Shown here: piece after piece, positions 9,046 to 18,836 of the stretch
Layout of the letters: the number at the start of each line of letters is the position of its first letter
How positions within the stretch are numbered: position 1 is the stretch's first letter
NCBI GenBank assembly: GCA_963764165.1
Contig: CAVXRD010000001.1
Coordinates: forward strand, 672,001 to 736,000
Length of the DNA: 64,000 nt
Source of the DNA: an uncultured Verrucomicrobiae bacterium
GTDB lineage: Bacteria > Verrucomicrobiota > Verrucomicrobiia > Limisphaerales > Palsa-1400
Direction of reading: 5' to 3'
Notes under the pieces: generated by a model
The model's input: only the letters and a program-made list of their open reading frames with translations
Told to the model about the DNA's origin: nothing
The model's database searches: none
Program-made: the position numbers and the translations under genes

Positions 9046-12000
9046 TGTACGTTGAACTCCACAGCCGCAGCGCGTTTAGTTTTCTCCGGGGCGGATCATT
9101 GCCGGAGCAAATGGCAGTCACCGCCGGCGAATTGAATCTCGGCACGATGGCGCTCTCAGATCGCAACGGTGTTTACGGGCTTCCGCGCTTTTCGGCGGCA
9201 GCCAAGGAAAACGGCGTTCGCCCAATTCTCGGCGCGGAATTGACGATGGAGGATGAAACGGTTCTACCCGTTTTGATTGAGTCGCGCGCGGGCTACCAAA
9301 ATCTCTGCCGCCTCCTGACGAAATCGCATCTGCGCAGTCCGAAGGGTGAGGGGCGAATTCGTTGGAGTGAATTGCCTGAGTTCGCCGGAGGGCTAATGGC
9401 GTTGACCGGCGATGAGGAAGGGCCGTTGATTGCAGCCGTCCGCCATTCGTGGCAACCGGCGAAAATGCGGCGAACAAGTCCGCAGCAAGTTTTGGAAAAG
9501 CTCATTCAAGCGTTTGGCAAGAATCGCGTTTGGGTGGAAATTCAGCGTCACTTTTTGCGCGGCGAAGAGCGCATCAACAAATCTCTCGTTGATCTCGCGG
9601 CCAGCCATCGCCTTCCCTTGCTGGCCACTAATGGCGTCGTTTACGCCAAACCGCGGAGCCGCCAGATTCTCGATGTTTTCACCTGCATTCGCAACCACAC
9701 CCATCTGGACGCGGCGGGCCGATTGTTGACAGCCAACAGCGAGCGCTTTCTCAAAACCGCGCCGGACATGGAGACACTTTTCCGTGATTTGCCGGAAGCC
9801 GTCGCCAACACGGAACGCCTCGCCAACCAGCTTCGCTTTTCGCTGGAGGATTTGGGTTACGAATTTCCCACCTACCCGGTTGGTGCGGGCGAAACGATGG
9901 ATAGTGTGCTCCGCGAACAAACCCTGGCCGGCGCCCGCTGGCGTTATGACGGCGAAATTCCCGACAAAGTCCAAAAACAAATCCGGCACGAATTGGCCAT
10001 CATCGAGAAATTGGGCTTCGCCGGATACTTCCTGATCGTGGCGGACCTTGTGAAGTTTTGCGTCAATAACAATGTCATGGCGCAGGGCCGGGGCAGCGCG
10101 GCCAACAGCACTGTTTGCTTTTGCCTCGGCATCACGGCGGTGGACCCGATCAAATACCACACGCTGTTCGAGCGTTTCCTGAGCGAAGGCCGCAAGGGGT
10201 GGCCGGACATCGACATTGATTTGCCGAGCGGCGACCGGCGCGAAAGCGTCATCCAGGAAGTGTATCGCCGTTACGGAAAACACGGCGCGGCCATGACGGC
10301 CAACGTCATCACCTATCGCGGCCGGAGCGCGGCGCGGGAAATTGGCAAGGCGCTTAATCTTCCTCTTGACGTGCTGGATCGCTTTTCCAATTTGTTCGGC
10401 AACGGCGACTATCCGCATTCCGTCGCGCTGCCGGAGCAGATGGCGCAGGCCGGATTGCCGGGCGAGCATCCGCGCGCGCCCGCCTTCGCTTCGCTTTATG
10501 CGCAGATGTATTCGCTGCCGCGCCATCTCGGGCAGCACTCGGGCGGCATGATTATTTGCCAGGGAAAACTCGACGCCGTTGTCGCGCTCGAAAATGCCTC
10601 CATGCCCGGCCGCGTCGTCGCGCAATGGGACAAGGACGATTGCGAAGACCTCGGCATCATCAAGGTCGATTTGCTTGGCCTCGGCATGATGTCGCTTTTG
10701 CAGGACGCCATCGAGATGACACGCCAGCGCGGGCATCCGGTGGATTTGGCGCGGATTCCAAACGACGATCCGGCCACCTACAAAATGATGCAGGAGGCGG
10801 ATACCATCGGCGTGTTTCAAATCGAAAGCCGCGCCCAAATGGCGACGCTGCCGCGCATGAAGCCCAATTGTTTTTACGACGTGGTAGTGGAAGTGGCGAT
10901 CATCCGCCCCGGCCCGATCCAGGGAAAAATGGTGCATCCCTATCTTAACCGCCGCGCCGGGCGCGAGCCGGTCGTTTATTATGACGAACGTTTGCGTCCA
11001 GTGCTGGGGCGCACGCTTGGCATCCCGCTGTTTCAGGAGCAATTGCTGGAAATCGCGATGGTCATGGCGGATTTTTCCGGGAGCGAGGCAGAAGAATTGC
11101 GCCGCGCGCTCAGCTTCCATCGCTCGGAAGAGCGCATGAATCGCGTGGCTATCCGGCTTCGCGCCAACATGGAAAAAAAGGGAGTCGCGCCGGAAGTCAT
11201 TGAGCAGATTTCGTCGGCCATCAAGTCGTTTGCCCTCTATAGTTTTCCGGAATCGCATGCGATCAGTTTTGCCATTCTCGCCTATGCCAGCGCGTGGATG
11301 AAAACGCATCGCGCGCCCGAATTCTACGCCGCGCTGTTGAACAACCAGCCGATGGGGTTTTATTCCGCCGCCACCATCGTCAAGGATGCGAAGCGCCACG
11401 GCGTTAAAATCCGGCCGGTCAGCATCGAACATTCCGACTGGCTTTGCACCATTGAGGCGGATGACGCGGTGCGGCTCGGCTTCTGCGTGGTAGGCGGATT
11501 GGGGCAGGAACTTGGTGAGCGCGTCGTGGGCGAGCGCAAGCGCGAGATTTTTTCCTCGATGGAAAATTTCAAGCGGCGGACGCGCCTTGGAAAATCGGAA
11601 TTGCGCGTGCTGGCGGAAATCGGCGCGCTCAACGGCCTGGCCAGGCATCGGCGCGACGCTTTGTGGAAAGTGGAGGCAATGCCCGCGGAGGACGACCTGT
11701 TCACGCTGGCCGAAGCGAAGCGGCAAGAAGAACCTTCGCCCTTGCTGCCGATGAACGCCATGGAGCGCCTGCGTGCCGATTACCGAGGAATGCATTTGAC
11801 AACCGGCCCGCATCCGATGACGCTGATTCGCGACCGTCTGGAGGGAGTTTCGCGCGCGGCGGATTTGCCGAAAATCCCCCACAATCAATTGGTGCGCATT
11901 GCCGGCGCGGTCATTTGCCGCCAGCGCCCCGGCACGGCCAAGGGATTCGTCTTCATCAGCCTCGAGGATGAAACCGGCGTCAGCAACGCCATCGTGACGC

Positions 12001-12164
12001 CGCAGCTCTTTGAAAAAATGCGGCTGACGATCACGCAAGAGCCGTTCCTCACCATCGAAGGCCCTGTGCAAAATACGGACAACGTGGTGGTGGTCAAAGC
12101 CCGCCGCATCGAGCGCCTTTTTGAGCCGCAATTGGTGACGGGGGCATCGCACGATTTTCACTAA
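9045..12164 (+). CDS. dnaE2: Error-prone DNA polymerase DnaE2 (ImuC)
   Basis: PHP domain YVELHSRSAFSFL, GRGSAANS, PDIDID, FQIESRAQM, QRPGTAKG, and DnaE2-type C-terminal SHDFH. Confidence 0.97.
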   Translation: MYVELHSRSAFSFLRGGSLPEQMAVTAGELNLGTMALSDRNGVYGLPRFSAAAKENGVRPILGAELTMEDETVLPVLIESRAGYQNLCRLLTKSHLRSPKGEGRIRWSELPEFAGGLMALTGDEEGPLIAAVRHSWQPAKMRRTSPQQVLEKLIQAFGKNRVWVEIQRHFLRGEERINKSLVDLAASHRLPLLATNGVVYAKPRSRQILDVFTCIRNHTHLDAAGRLLTANSERFLKTAPDMETLFRDLPEAVANTERLANQLRFSLEDLGYEFPTYPVGAGETMDSVLREQTLAGARWRYDGEIPDKVQKQIRHELAIIEKLGFAGYFLIVADLVKFCVNNNVMAQGRGSAANSTVCFCLGITAVDPIKYHTLFERFLSEGRKGWPDIDIDLPSGDRRESVIQEVYRRYGKHGAAMTANVITYRGRSAAREIGKALNLPLDVLDRFSNLFGNGDYPHSVALPEQMAQAGLPGEHPRAPAFASLYAQMYSLPRHLGQHSGGMIICQGKLDAVVALENASMPGRVVAQWDKDDCEDLGIIKVDLLGLGMMSLLQDAIEMTRQRGHPVDLARIPNDDPATYKMMQEADTIGVFQIESRAQMATLPRMKPNCFYDVVVEVAIIRPGPIQGKMVHPYLNRRAGREPVVYYDERLRPVLGRTLGIPLFQEQLLEIAMVMADFSGSEAEELRRALSFHRSEERMNRVAIRLRANMEKKGVAPEVIEQISSAIKSFALYSFPESHAISFAILAYASAWMKTHRAPEFYAALLNNQPMGFYSAATIVKDAKRHGVKIRPVSIEHSDWLCTIEADDAVRLGFCVVGGLGQELGERVVGERKREIFSSMENFKRRTRLGKSELRVLAEIGALNGLARHRRDALWKVEAMPAEDDLFTLAEAKRQEEPSPLLPMNAMERLRADYRGMHLTTGPHPMTLIRDRLEGVSRAADLPKIPHNQLVRIAGAVICRQRPGTAKGFVFISLEDETGVSNAIVTPQLFEKMRLTITQEPFLTIEGPVQNTDNVVVVKARRIERLFEPQLVTGASHDFH

Positions 12165-12187
12165 CAGTCCCGTGAAAAGCGAAACGC

Positions 12188-12300
12188 GGTAGGGCGAGGC
12201 TCCTGCCGAGCCGTCCCATGATTCCTGGTCATCGCATAAAAATGGGACTTATAGGACATATAAGACCTATGAAACGCCTCGGCAGGAGCCTCGCCCTACC
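12188..12300. repeat. GTAG-type REP doublet with a perfect 23-bp inverted repeat, between convergent genes
   Basis: GGTAGGGCGAGGCTCCTGCCGAG at 12188-12210 and its reverse complement at 12278-12300. The spacer has a 9-bp periodic ATGGGACTT/ATAGGACAT/ATAAGACCT run. Confidence 0.85.
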
Positions 12301-12324
12301 ATGCGGATGGGTTTAAGCGCAGTT

Positions 12325-13416
12325 TTACTTCTTCTCATCCGGCAGAGGAAGCAACTGAGGAATGCGATCCTTGAACGGCGGAATGGCGGGGCCTTCGCCT
12401 TCGGCTTTGTCAACGTAATAGTAACCCACCGTAGTGTAGGAATTTCGGAGCGGTTTGCGGTCTTCATCCCAGCCGCCGCGTCCGTGTTCCAGTGTAAACA
12501 ATAAACTTTTCTTGAACGGCACTGGGTCCTGGATGTGCCAGCGGTAGCAGGTGTTCAGGATGCCGCGTTTTTCGCCGCCTTTGCTGGCGTTGTCATAAAA
12601 CGGCACGCCAAAATACGGCGTCCAAAATGCCTTGCCAAAATCCCATGCGCCGCAGAAATAATCTTCGCTTCCCGTGCCGCTGATGGACGGTTTCTTCGCG
12701 CCATCGACATACCAGTAATCGTTCCCCTCGCCCCACCAGCCATCGCTGTTGGCAAGAACGGAAATGAACGTGCCAACATAATGCCCTGCCCCGGTGCTTT
12801 CACAAATCGTCAGCGGCTCGCCTTTGGGCGCAGGAAAATAGGTTCGGTATTGCGTATGGAAGTAGCGGACATCCTTTTGCGCACGTTCGTCGAGGCGGTA
12901 GTCGATGTTGTAGTAATAGCTGTCCACCGCTTTTTCGCCTTCGTTGGAGACAGTCAGCACAGCGTGTTTTTTGAACGGCATCGGCCAATAGCAATTCAGC
13001 GCCATCCGCGAACCGACACTTACCGCTGCGCTCTGAAATTCCACATATTTGCCGTGGCCTTGGGCAAAGAAATCGCCGACCGGGCATTCGACAGCGGGCT
13101 TGCTCGCGTCGTCCCAGGTCATGCGCAAAACCAATTCGCGCAGATGTTCGTGCGATGGCGAGGCAATTGTAAACCAGATATGCTCGATGCGTCCGTTGCC
13201 GGTGATGTCCGCCAGCGTGTATGTCTGCCCCGGCTCGATGCGGCGGGCGTCGCCGTTGCGTCCGTTGGGATCGGTGCTGGAAGCGCGGCCAGCGGTGAAT
13301 TCCTTTTTCGCGGCGAGATCAGCCGGGAGCTGGGCGAACGCGACCTGCGGCGCCAGCGAAGCAAAAGCGGCCACGCCCAATAAACCCGCGGTAACTGACT
13401 TCAACGAGGTAATCAT
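12325..13416 (-). CDS. DUF2961 / glycoside hydrolase family 172 protein, secreted
   Basis: RASSTD, PAVECPVGDFF, NCYWPMPF, WWGEGND, GTGSEDYF, YRWHIQDPVPF motifs and a signal peptide. Confidence 0.9.
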   Translation of the reverse strand: MITSLKSVTAGLLGVAAFASLAPQVAFAQLPADLAAKKEFTAGRASSTDPNGRNGDARRIEPGQTYTLADITGNGRIEHIWFTIASPSHEHLRELVLRMTWDDASKPAVECPVGDFFAQGHGKYVEFQSAAVSVGSRMALNCYWPMPFKKHAVLTVSNEGEKAVDSYYYNIDYRLDERAQKDVRYFHTQYRTYFPAPKGEPLTICESTGAGHYVGTFISVLANSDGWWGEGNDYWYVDGAKKPSISGTGSEDYFCGAWDFGKAFWTPYFGVPFYDNASKGGEKRGILNTCYRWHIQDPVPFKKSLLFTLEHGRGGWDEDRKPLRNSYTTVGYYYVDKAEGEGPAIPPFKDRIPQLLPLPDEKK

Positions 13417-13498
13417 GCCCGCACCATATAGCGGGCGAGAAAACGGAGTCAAGCTCAGGGCTGTTCAAAGGCAGCAACGCCGCGCTTCGCGACAACAA

Positions 13499-14146
13499 TC
13501 ACCGCGGCTTGATTTCGCCGGAGCCGGTGATTCGCTTTTGCACGTTGGGCGGATTTCCTGAGTAGCGCACCGAGCCGGAGCCGGTGATGCTGGCGTCCAC
13601 AGTTTCCGAGGCGTTCACGAGGGCGCGTCCAGAGCCGGTCACACCCACCGAAACGGTCTTTGTTGCAAGCTCCATCGCCTTGATTTCACCGGAACCTGTG
13701 ATTTGTCCGTCAAGAAGATCGGCGGAGCCTTTCAAAACGATGCTCCCGGAGCCTGTCACGCTGGCGGTAAATTTCTTGGCGCTCACTCCATCCGCATGGA
13801 TTTCGCTGGAACCAGTGACAGACGCGCCATCGAGCTTCGGCACCGTAATTTTCAACTTCACCCCGATGCTCGTGCTGTAGGATTCCTTCGAGCCAATGTT
13901 GAGCGTGTCGCCGTCAACTTTGGTTTCGATGATCGGCAGCAGATTGTCGTCCGCCGTGATGGTCAGCGACACCGGGGCACCAACCGCAATTTCCACTTCA
14001 GGCGAACCGGTCACGTTGATTTTGGAAAATGCGCCGACCGTTCGCGTTTCCGTTTTGGCGACGCCGGAACCGTGAATGGATTTGAAATCGCAGCCGCAAA
14101 GACCTGCCAGCGCGACGCACAAAATGGGAAGGCATATTGTCTTCAT
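13499..14146 (-). CDS. DUF2807 / head GIN domain lipoprotein
   Basis: Lipobox-like LCGC, DDNLLPIIET, repeated SVTGSG/ITGSG units. Confidence 0.88.
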   Translation of the reverse strand: MKTICLPILCVALAGLCGCDFKSIHGSGVAKTETRTVGAFSKINVTGSPEVEIAVGAPVSLTITADDNLLPIIETKVDGDTLNIGSKESYSTSIGVKLKITVPKLDGASVTGSSEIHADGVSAKKFTASVTGSGSIVLKGSADLLDGQITGSGEIKAMELATKTVSVGVTGSGRALVNASETVDASITGSGSVRYSGNPPNVQKRITGSGEIKPR

Positions 14147-14188
14147 GGGAGTACTACACAGCAGCATCAATAAAGTTTCAACAGTTCC

Positions 14189-15160
14189 TCATGCGCCGCA
14201 AAGCCTGTCAACCAAAAGGTTCTTAAAACCGTCCATGTTCGTCCAGGTGGCTGCCACGTTGATTTGCTTCGCCTGCGGGTCGATGACAGTCATGCCATCG
14301 TCCGTCACGCGGATGCCAAGGCGTTCCATCCGGCAAAAATCCCGCGCCACCGCCAGATAGACGGCAACCGTATCGAAGAGCGTGGTGGAGCCTTTCGATG
14401 AATCCATGTCTGCCTTTCCCGCGCTCCAAAGCCGGTAGTTCGCGATCACGCTTGCGGCGACAGGGTCGCGGGACTGGAGCAGGCGCTGATAACGCGGGCC
14501 GTCGAGCGAGATAATGCCGCAGGTGTCGAGCGGAGTGATCGTCATTTCCCAAGGCGCGGTGAAACATTCCCGGGCGGCGGCAACATCGGCCTTCACATTC
14601 CATTCCGCCCCGGGAATCTTGGAGCCGCCGTAGCCAAGCCGCACGCTGCCGTCCATGCCAACAATGCGGGCACGGGTGGCGATGCGAGGCTCCCGCTTCA
14701 GCGCGGCGGCGACATTGGCCATCGGGCCGATGGCGATCACGGTTACCGGTTCAGGCGAATTCATGATGACGTCGACAATGGCGCCGATGCCGTCCGCGTG
14801 AACCTTACCCGGATAAGCCTTCAGATCGTAATCGTTGACCCACTTCAGCAAATCTCCGGCGCCGCGCGGTTCGACATCCGGGCCAACCGCTATGGGGATA
14901 TTGCCATGACCGGTTGTTTGCAGAAATTTCGCCAGCAGCTTTGCGCGATAGTTCGGCTTGCCGTATTCCGTCGCCACAAGTTTCAAATTCAGCTCCGGGC
15001 ATTTGAGCAGGAAGCCGAGCGCCCATGTGTCGTCGATGTCGTCGCCGATATCCGTGGCAAGGATGACCGGCGTGGGGAGCCCCGACGGCTCGGCCAGGGC
15101 GCTAAGGCTGGCAAAGGCGAGTGTTGAGGTCTGAATAAAGGTGCGGCGATTGATTTTCAT
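14189..15160 (-). CDS. Inosine/uridine-preferring nucleoside hydrolase, Tat-exported
   Basis: NRRTFI Tat motif, TDIGDDIDD, IGPMANVA, AEWNVKAD, LFDTVAV. Confidence 0.9.
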   Translation of the reverse strand: MKINRRTFIQTSTLAFASLSALAEPSGLPTPVILATDIGDDIDDTWALGFLLKCPELNLKLVATEYGKPNYRAKLLAKFLQTTGHGNIPIAVGPDVEPRGAGDLLKWVNDYDLKAYPGKVHADGIGAIVDVIMNSPEPVTVIAIGPMANVAAALKREPRIATRARIVGMDGSVRLGYGGSKIPGAEWNVKADVAAARECFTAPWEMTITPLDTCGIISLDGPRYQRLLQSRDPVAASVIANYRLWSAGKADMDSSKGSTTLFDTVAVYLAVARDFCRMERLGIRVTDDGMTVIDPQAKQINVAATWTNMDGFKNLLVDRLCGA

Positions 15161-16665
15161 GCGGCGACTGACCGCCATTCAAGCACCAGGCAGCCACCGG
15201 CAACAAGCTCAATATCCAGTTCGTGAACTTGCCCGGCACCCCTCTCCTCGCTGGGCGGGGCGAGGGAATTGATGAGACGTGTTTCGGCCCTCGATCGCAG
15301 CAAATTGAAATGCGCCTCACGCGTTCGCCAACTGGAGCTGCCACCTGAGTAAATAGTGTTGACGCTGCTCGCCGGGGCCAGAAAGGGCAGCGTGAAAGCC
15401 TGCTTCTCTCTGGACAAATTTGTCACGACGAGATGCTCCAGCGCATTTCCGCCGCTCCATTTTACGGCGAAACAGGAATCAATTCCTGTTTCGCAAAACT
15501 CGGGAACTCCTTGTCCGATAAGCGTCTTGGACAGGCGCCGGATCAGATCGCGATAAAACGCCGCCATCTCCAAATCTTCCGTTTCCGGCCAATAGGAATT
15601 GAACTGCACTGGCGCGCGGTGCTTTCGTCCCGCCAATTGTCCGTCATGCAACAAACGCAGACCAGGTTGCGCGAGCAATAACACCGCCGCTGCCCGTCCC
15701 TCCTCCGATGTCAGCAGGGCAGCTATGGGCGCTTCGTCGTGATTCGCGAGAAAGCGCGCCGGACGAAAACTTTCCGCAACCTTGCGCACATGCTTTTGCA
15801 AGGCGCTGAATTTTCGCTCGACCAACTCGTCGAGAAATTTTTTGTCGTAGCAATAATTGAAGCCCAATTTTTCCAATCGCGGTTCGGTGTCCCAATAGGC
15901 CTCCGCGAGGAACAGAAAATCCGGCTGGCGTTGCCGAACTTCAGAGATGGCGTCCTCCCAGAATTCAGTCGAGGGCGTTTCCCCGGCGGCAGGAAAATCC
16001 GCCCATGTCTTGGCGAAAATGTCGTTCAGCAAGAGCATCGCCATGTCGCACCGAACGCCATCGCATTGCGCGGCGACGGATTGGAGAACATCCGTCATCG
16101 CCCGGCGGGTGGCCTCGTTTCGGTAATCCAACTGCGCTGTATCAATCCACGGCGGGAAGAATGGATCCTTTCCATGCGCGACCCAATGGGCGCCGAGGTG
16201 GAACGTCCCCGCCTTTTCGACAGGACTGCGTACGAACAATTCGCTTCGCTGCTCAAGCCAAGGATGATCGACGCCGAGGTGGTTCGGGACGAAATCGAGG
16301 ATCAATTGCAAGCCATGTCGATTTAGAAGGGACCGGAATTCGCGCAGTCCGCTCGCTCCGCCGAGCAATTCCGCGACGGAATATTCCGCAATGGCATAGG
16401 GCGAGGCAGCCAATCTTTGCGGGCCGTTTTCCCCGAAGGCGTCAATGCTCAACTTGCGGAAGCCTGGCTGGCTGCGGGCAATCTCCAAAGTTTTCGGACC
16501 CGTCGTCCAAACTCCCATTAGCCAAATGTGCGAAAAACCCAAATCCTTCCAATCGCGGACAATCGACTCAGGAACGCGATCCAGCGTGACCAAGTTTTGC
16601 GAGCCCCCAGCCAGCTCCCGCAGCCAACAGCGCGTGTTAATTTCCAAAACGAGCGGATGAGCCAT
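15157..16665 (-). CDS. Alpha-amylase family glycoside hydrolase (GH13)
   Basis: SPYAI, LILDFVPNH, DGVRCDMAM, FLAEAYW, RFLANHDE. Confidence 0.92.
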   Translation of the reverse strand: MAHPLVLEINTRCWLRELAGGSQNLVTLDRVPESIVRDWKDLGFSHIWLMGVWTTGPKTLEIARSQPGFRKLSIDAFGENGPQRLAASPYAIAEYSVAELLGGASGLREFRSLLNRHGLQLILDFVPNHLGVDHPWLEQRSELFVRSPVEKAGTFHLGAHWVAHGKDPFFPPWIDTAQLDYRNEATRRAMTDVLQSVAAQCDGVRCDMAMLLLNDIFAKTWADFPAAGETPSTEFWEDAISEVRQRQPDFLFLAEAYWDTEPRLEKLGFNYCYDKKFLDELVERKFSALQKHVRKVAESFRPARFLANHDEAPIAALLTSEEGRAAAVLLLAQPGLRLLHDGQLAGRKHRAPVQFNSYWPETEDLEMAAFYRDLIRRLSKTLIGQGVPEFCETGIDSCFAVKWSGGNALEHLVVTNLSREKQAFTLPFLAPASSVNTIYSGGSSSWRTREAHFNLLRSRAETRLINSLAPPSEERGAGQVHELDIELVAGGCLVLEWRSVAA

Positions 16666-16685
16666 TAATGCAAGTCTCCTCAAAA

Positions 16686-16861
16686 GGTAGACGCCTCACC
16701 GGGATTGTCTCAAAACTCCAAAATCCTCAAAGTGTGTCAATACCACGACTCTCTCATTTGCGATAGGGCGCATTTCTATTTTCGGCGAGGGTGTTTTTGT
16801 GGTGCTTTTTAAAGCCGCTTTTGAGTTTTGAGACACTCTCCACCGAGGCGTCCGGTTGCGT
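16686..16861. repeat. REP palindrome split by a MITE
   Basis: GGTAGACGCCTCACC ... CACCGAGGCGTCCGGTTGCGT. Removing the insert and one CACC restores a near-identical copy of the REP at 22143. Confidence 0.8.
16701..16840. mobile_element. 140-bp MITE with 18-bp TIRs and 4-bp TSD (IS1182-like ends)
   Basis: Left GGGATTGTCTCAAAACTC, right GAGTTTTGAGACACTCTC (16/18 match). CACC duplicated at 16697-16700 and 16841-16844. Confidence 0.8.
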
Positions 16862-16911
16862 ATGAAAATGTTCGCGGCTTTCGGCGTAATTAACGTCCCG
16901 ACCCGGACCTC

Positions 16912-17313
16912 TTAGCTATTGAGCAGCTTCATCGCCTTTTTGGCGTCGGAAACGCGGAGAATGAGCAAGCCCTTCTTGGCATCCGGCGGCGTGGCGGAAT
17001 AGGCGTATTCGATGTTGACCTTGCCAGCGGCCAAGTGCTGCGCGACTTTTGCCAGCGAGCCCGGTTTGTTGTCGGCCGTGAGCATCAGCACGTCATCCTC
17101 CACCACCAGCGTCCCGTGCTCCTCAAAGACAAAGAGCGCCTTGACCGGATCGCTGACGACCATGCGCACGACGATGTGATCGACGGTGTCGCTGGTGGAG
17201 AGTGCGTAAATGTTGATCTTGGCCGCGCTGAGAGCCTCGCAGATTCGCGCGAGCATGCCCGGCCGATTCTCGAGGAAGAGAGCCAACTGCTTTGTTATTT
17301 GCATAATTTCCAT
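16912..17313 (-). CDS. ACT domain-containing amino acid-binding protein
   Basis: KQLALFLENRPGMLA and DNKPGSLA...VNIEYAY tandem ACT motifs. Confidence 0.92.
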   Translation of the reverse strand: MEIMQITKQLALFLENRPGMLARICEALSAAKINIYALSTSDTVDHIVVRMVVSDPVKALFVFEEHGTLVVEDDVLMLTADNKPGSLAKVAQHLAAGKVNIEYAYSATPPDAKKGLLILRVSDAKKAMKLLNS

Positions 17314-17404
17314 TAATCATGCCGCCCCCGGGCGGCAAAAGGGGTTTTGCAACATCATAACACAGGCAGGCGATAAAGCCATTCCCTCTCGAACCGGCGG
17401 TGTC

Positions 17405-17713
17405 CTAATTTGCCTCCAATAGAACCGCCAAACTCTCCGCGACAAATTGGATGATGGAAACCTTGCAGACTGGGTAACCATTTCCTTTGCACCAAGACGT
17501 AATTGCAAGCGGGGTCACCACAATGCGTCGCGCAATAAACCCTTGGTCGTTGTAACGCTTTTCAAGATTCTTGATGTTCGCCCGGAAAGCTTCATAGGGA
17601 ATCGCGTTTTGTTGCTCGGGCAATGGCAGCATCGCAAGGACGCTTAAATAGTCCTGCTCACTCTCGTACCATTCCACTGGCAAGACGAGCGTGTCTGAAC
17701 TGGCGCTCTTCAT
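17405..17713 (-). CDS. Hypothetical protein
   Basis: Fills the gap and looks protein-like (WYESEQDY...YEAF...WCKGNGYP). Start uncertain. Confidence 0.55.
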   Translation of the reverse strand: MKSASSDTLVLPVEWYESEQDYLSVLAMLPLPEQQNAIPYEAFRANIKNLEKRYNDQGFIARRIVVTPLAITSWCKGNGYPVCKVSIIQFVAESLAVLLEAN

Positions 17714-17856
17714 TTTGCTTTGCACATCCGGCACACCAGCAAAGTTAACCATTGGCCCCCTTTATTCAACCAAATCAGGGCCCGCCGGAAATTCAGGCCA
17801 ATATGAGTGATTTTCCTTGATCTCGCTCAGAGTTTCCCCTATGTTGGCCTCGCCCT

Positions 17857-18726
17857 ATGAGTCTATCCCAACTGAAATCAAAGGGGAATCTGGAGGAAAA
17901 GCACTGGAAAGCTTTAACGAGTCTTCTCGCCGACGATGACGCAAAGGTTTATCGCACCGTCCGTGAAACCCTTCTTTCCTACGGTCCTGCCATCGCCCAG
18001 CGCATGCGCGAGCATAGTTGGAGCACTGATCCGGTCCTTCGCCGCCGCGCCAAGGAAATCATCGATCACTTTTCCCGTCAGGAAGCCGACAACCAGTTCC
18101 TCGCCTTCTGCCTGAATCAAGGTGAAGATTTCGATCTCGAGCAGGGCGTTCTCCTGCTTTGCCGCACTCAATACCCGCAAATCAGCCTCGATGGCTATTC
18201 CGCCTGGATGGATGATTACGCCACCGAATTGCGCCAGCGCCTCGACCTCAACGGGCCTGTCGATCAGACCATTCGCGTCATCAACGATTACCTTTTTCGC
18301 GAATTGAAATTCGCGGGTGACGAGAAGAACTTCAGCGACCCGGATAACATTTATTTCAATCGCGTCCTAGATCGCCGCGTTGGCAACGGCATCAGTCTGA
18401 GCCTTCTCTATTTGCTGATCTCGCGCCGCTTGCGGCTGCCGATGACGTGCATTGGCTTGCCGGGAAATTTTCTGTGCCGCCTGCAGACCAGCCGGATGGA
18501 ACTCTACATTGATCCCCTCCACGGCGGTCGCCTTCTCGTGAAGGCGGATTGCGTGAAGCTGGTGATGAATTCGCAGCACCGCTTTGACGACAGCTTCCTG
18601 TCGCCCGTAAGCCCGAGGCGGATACTGCTGCGCATCTGCGCTAATCTGCACCAGATTTACACGCAGCAGAAATCGACGCTTCAGGCTGAACGTTTGCAGC
18701 GGTATTTGGTGGCACTGGCGAAATAA
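17857..18726 (+). CDS. SirB1 / transglutaminase-like (Transglut_core2) protein
   Basis: YLFRELKFAGD...NIYFNRVLDRRVG, GLPGNF, YIDPLHGG, ILLRICANL. Confidence 0.88.
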   Translation: MSLSQLKSKGNLEEKHWKALTSLLADDDAKVYRTVRETLLSYGPAIAQRMREHSWSTDPVLRRRAKEIIDHFSRQEADNQFLAFCLNQGEDFDLEQGVLLLCRTQYPQISLDGYSAWMDDYATELRQRLDLNGPVDQTIRVINDYLFRELKFAGDEKNFSDPDNIYFNRVLDRRVGNGISLSLLYLLISRRLRLPMTCIGLPGNFLCRLQTSRMELYIDPLHGGRLLVKADCVKLVMNSQHRFDDSFLSPVSPRRILLRICANLHQIYTQQKSTLQAERLQRYLVALAK

Positions 18727-18836
18727 GATTTATTCGGGGAACGCAGCCGCTGAGCCGCCCTATTCGTCCCATTCCTCTCATTTCTCGCAGGAAGATGGGA
18801 ATTAGAGGAATGATGGGAATAATGGGGATGTCTCCT

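Noticed and set aside
6826..12161. Long minus-strand ORFs (565 aa and 922 aa) opposite imuAB and dnaE2
   Set aside because: Antisense shadows expected from GC-rich codon bias; no recognisable motifs.
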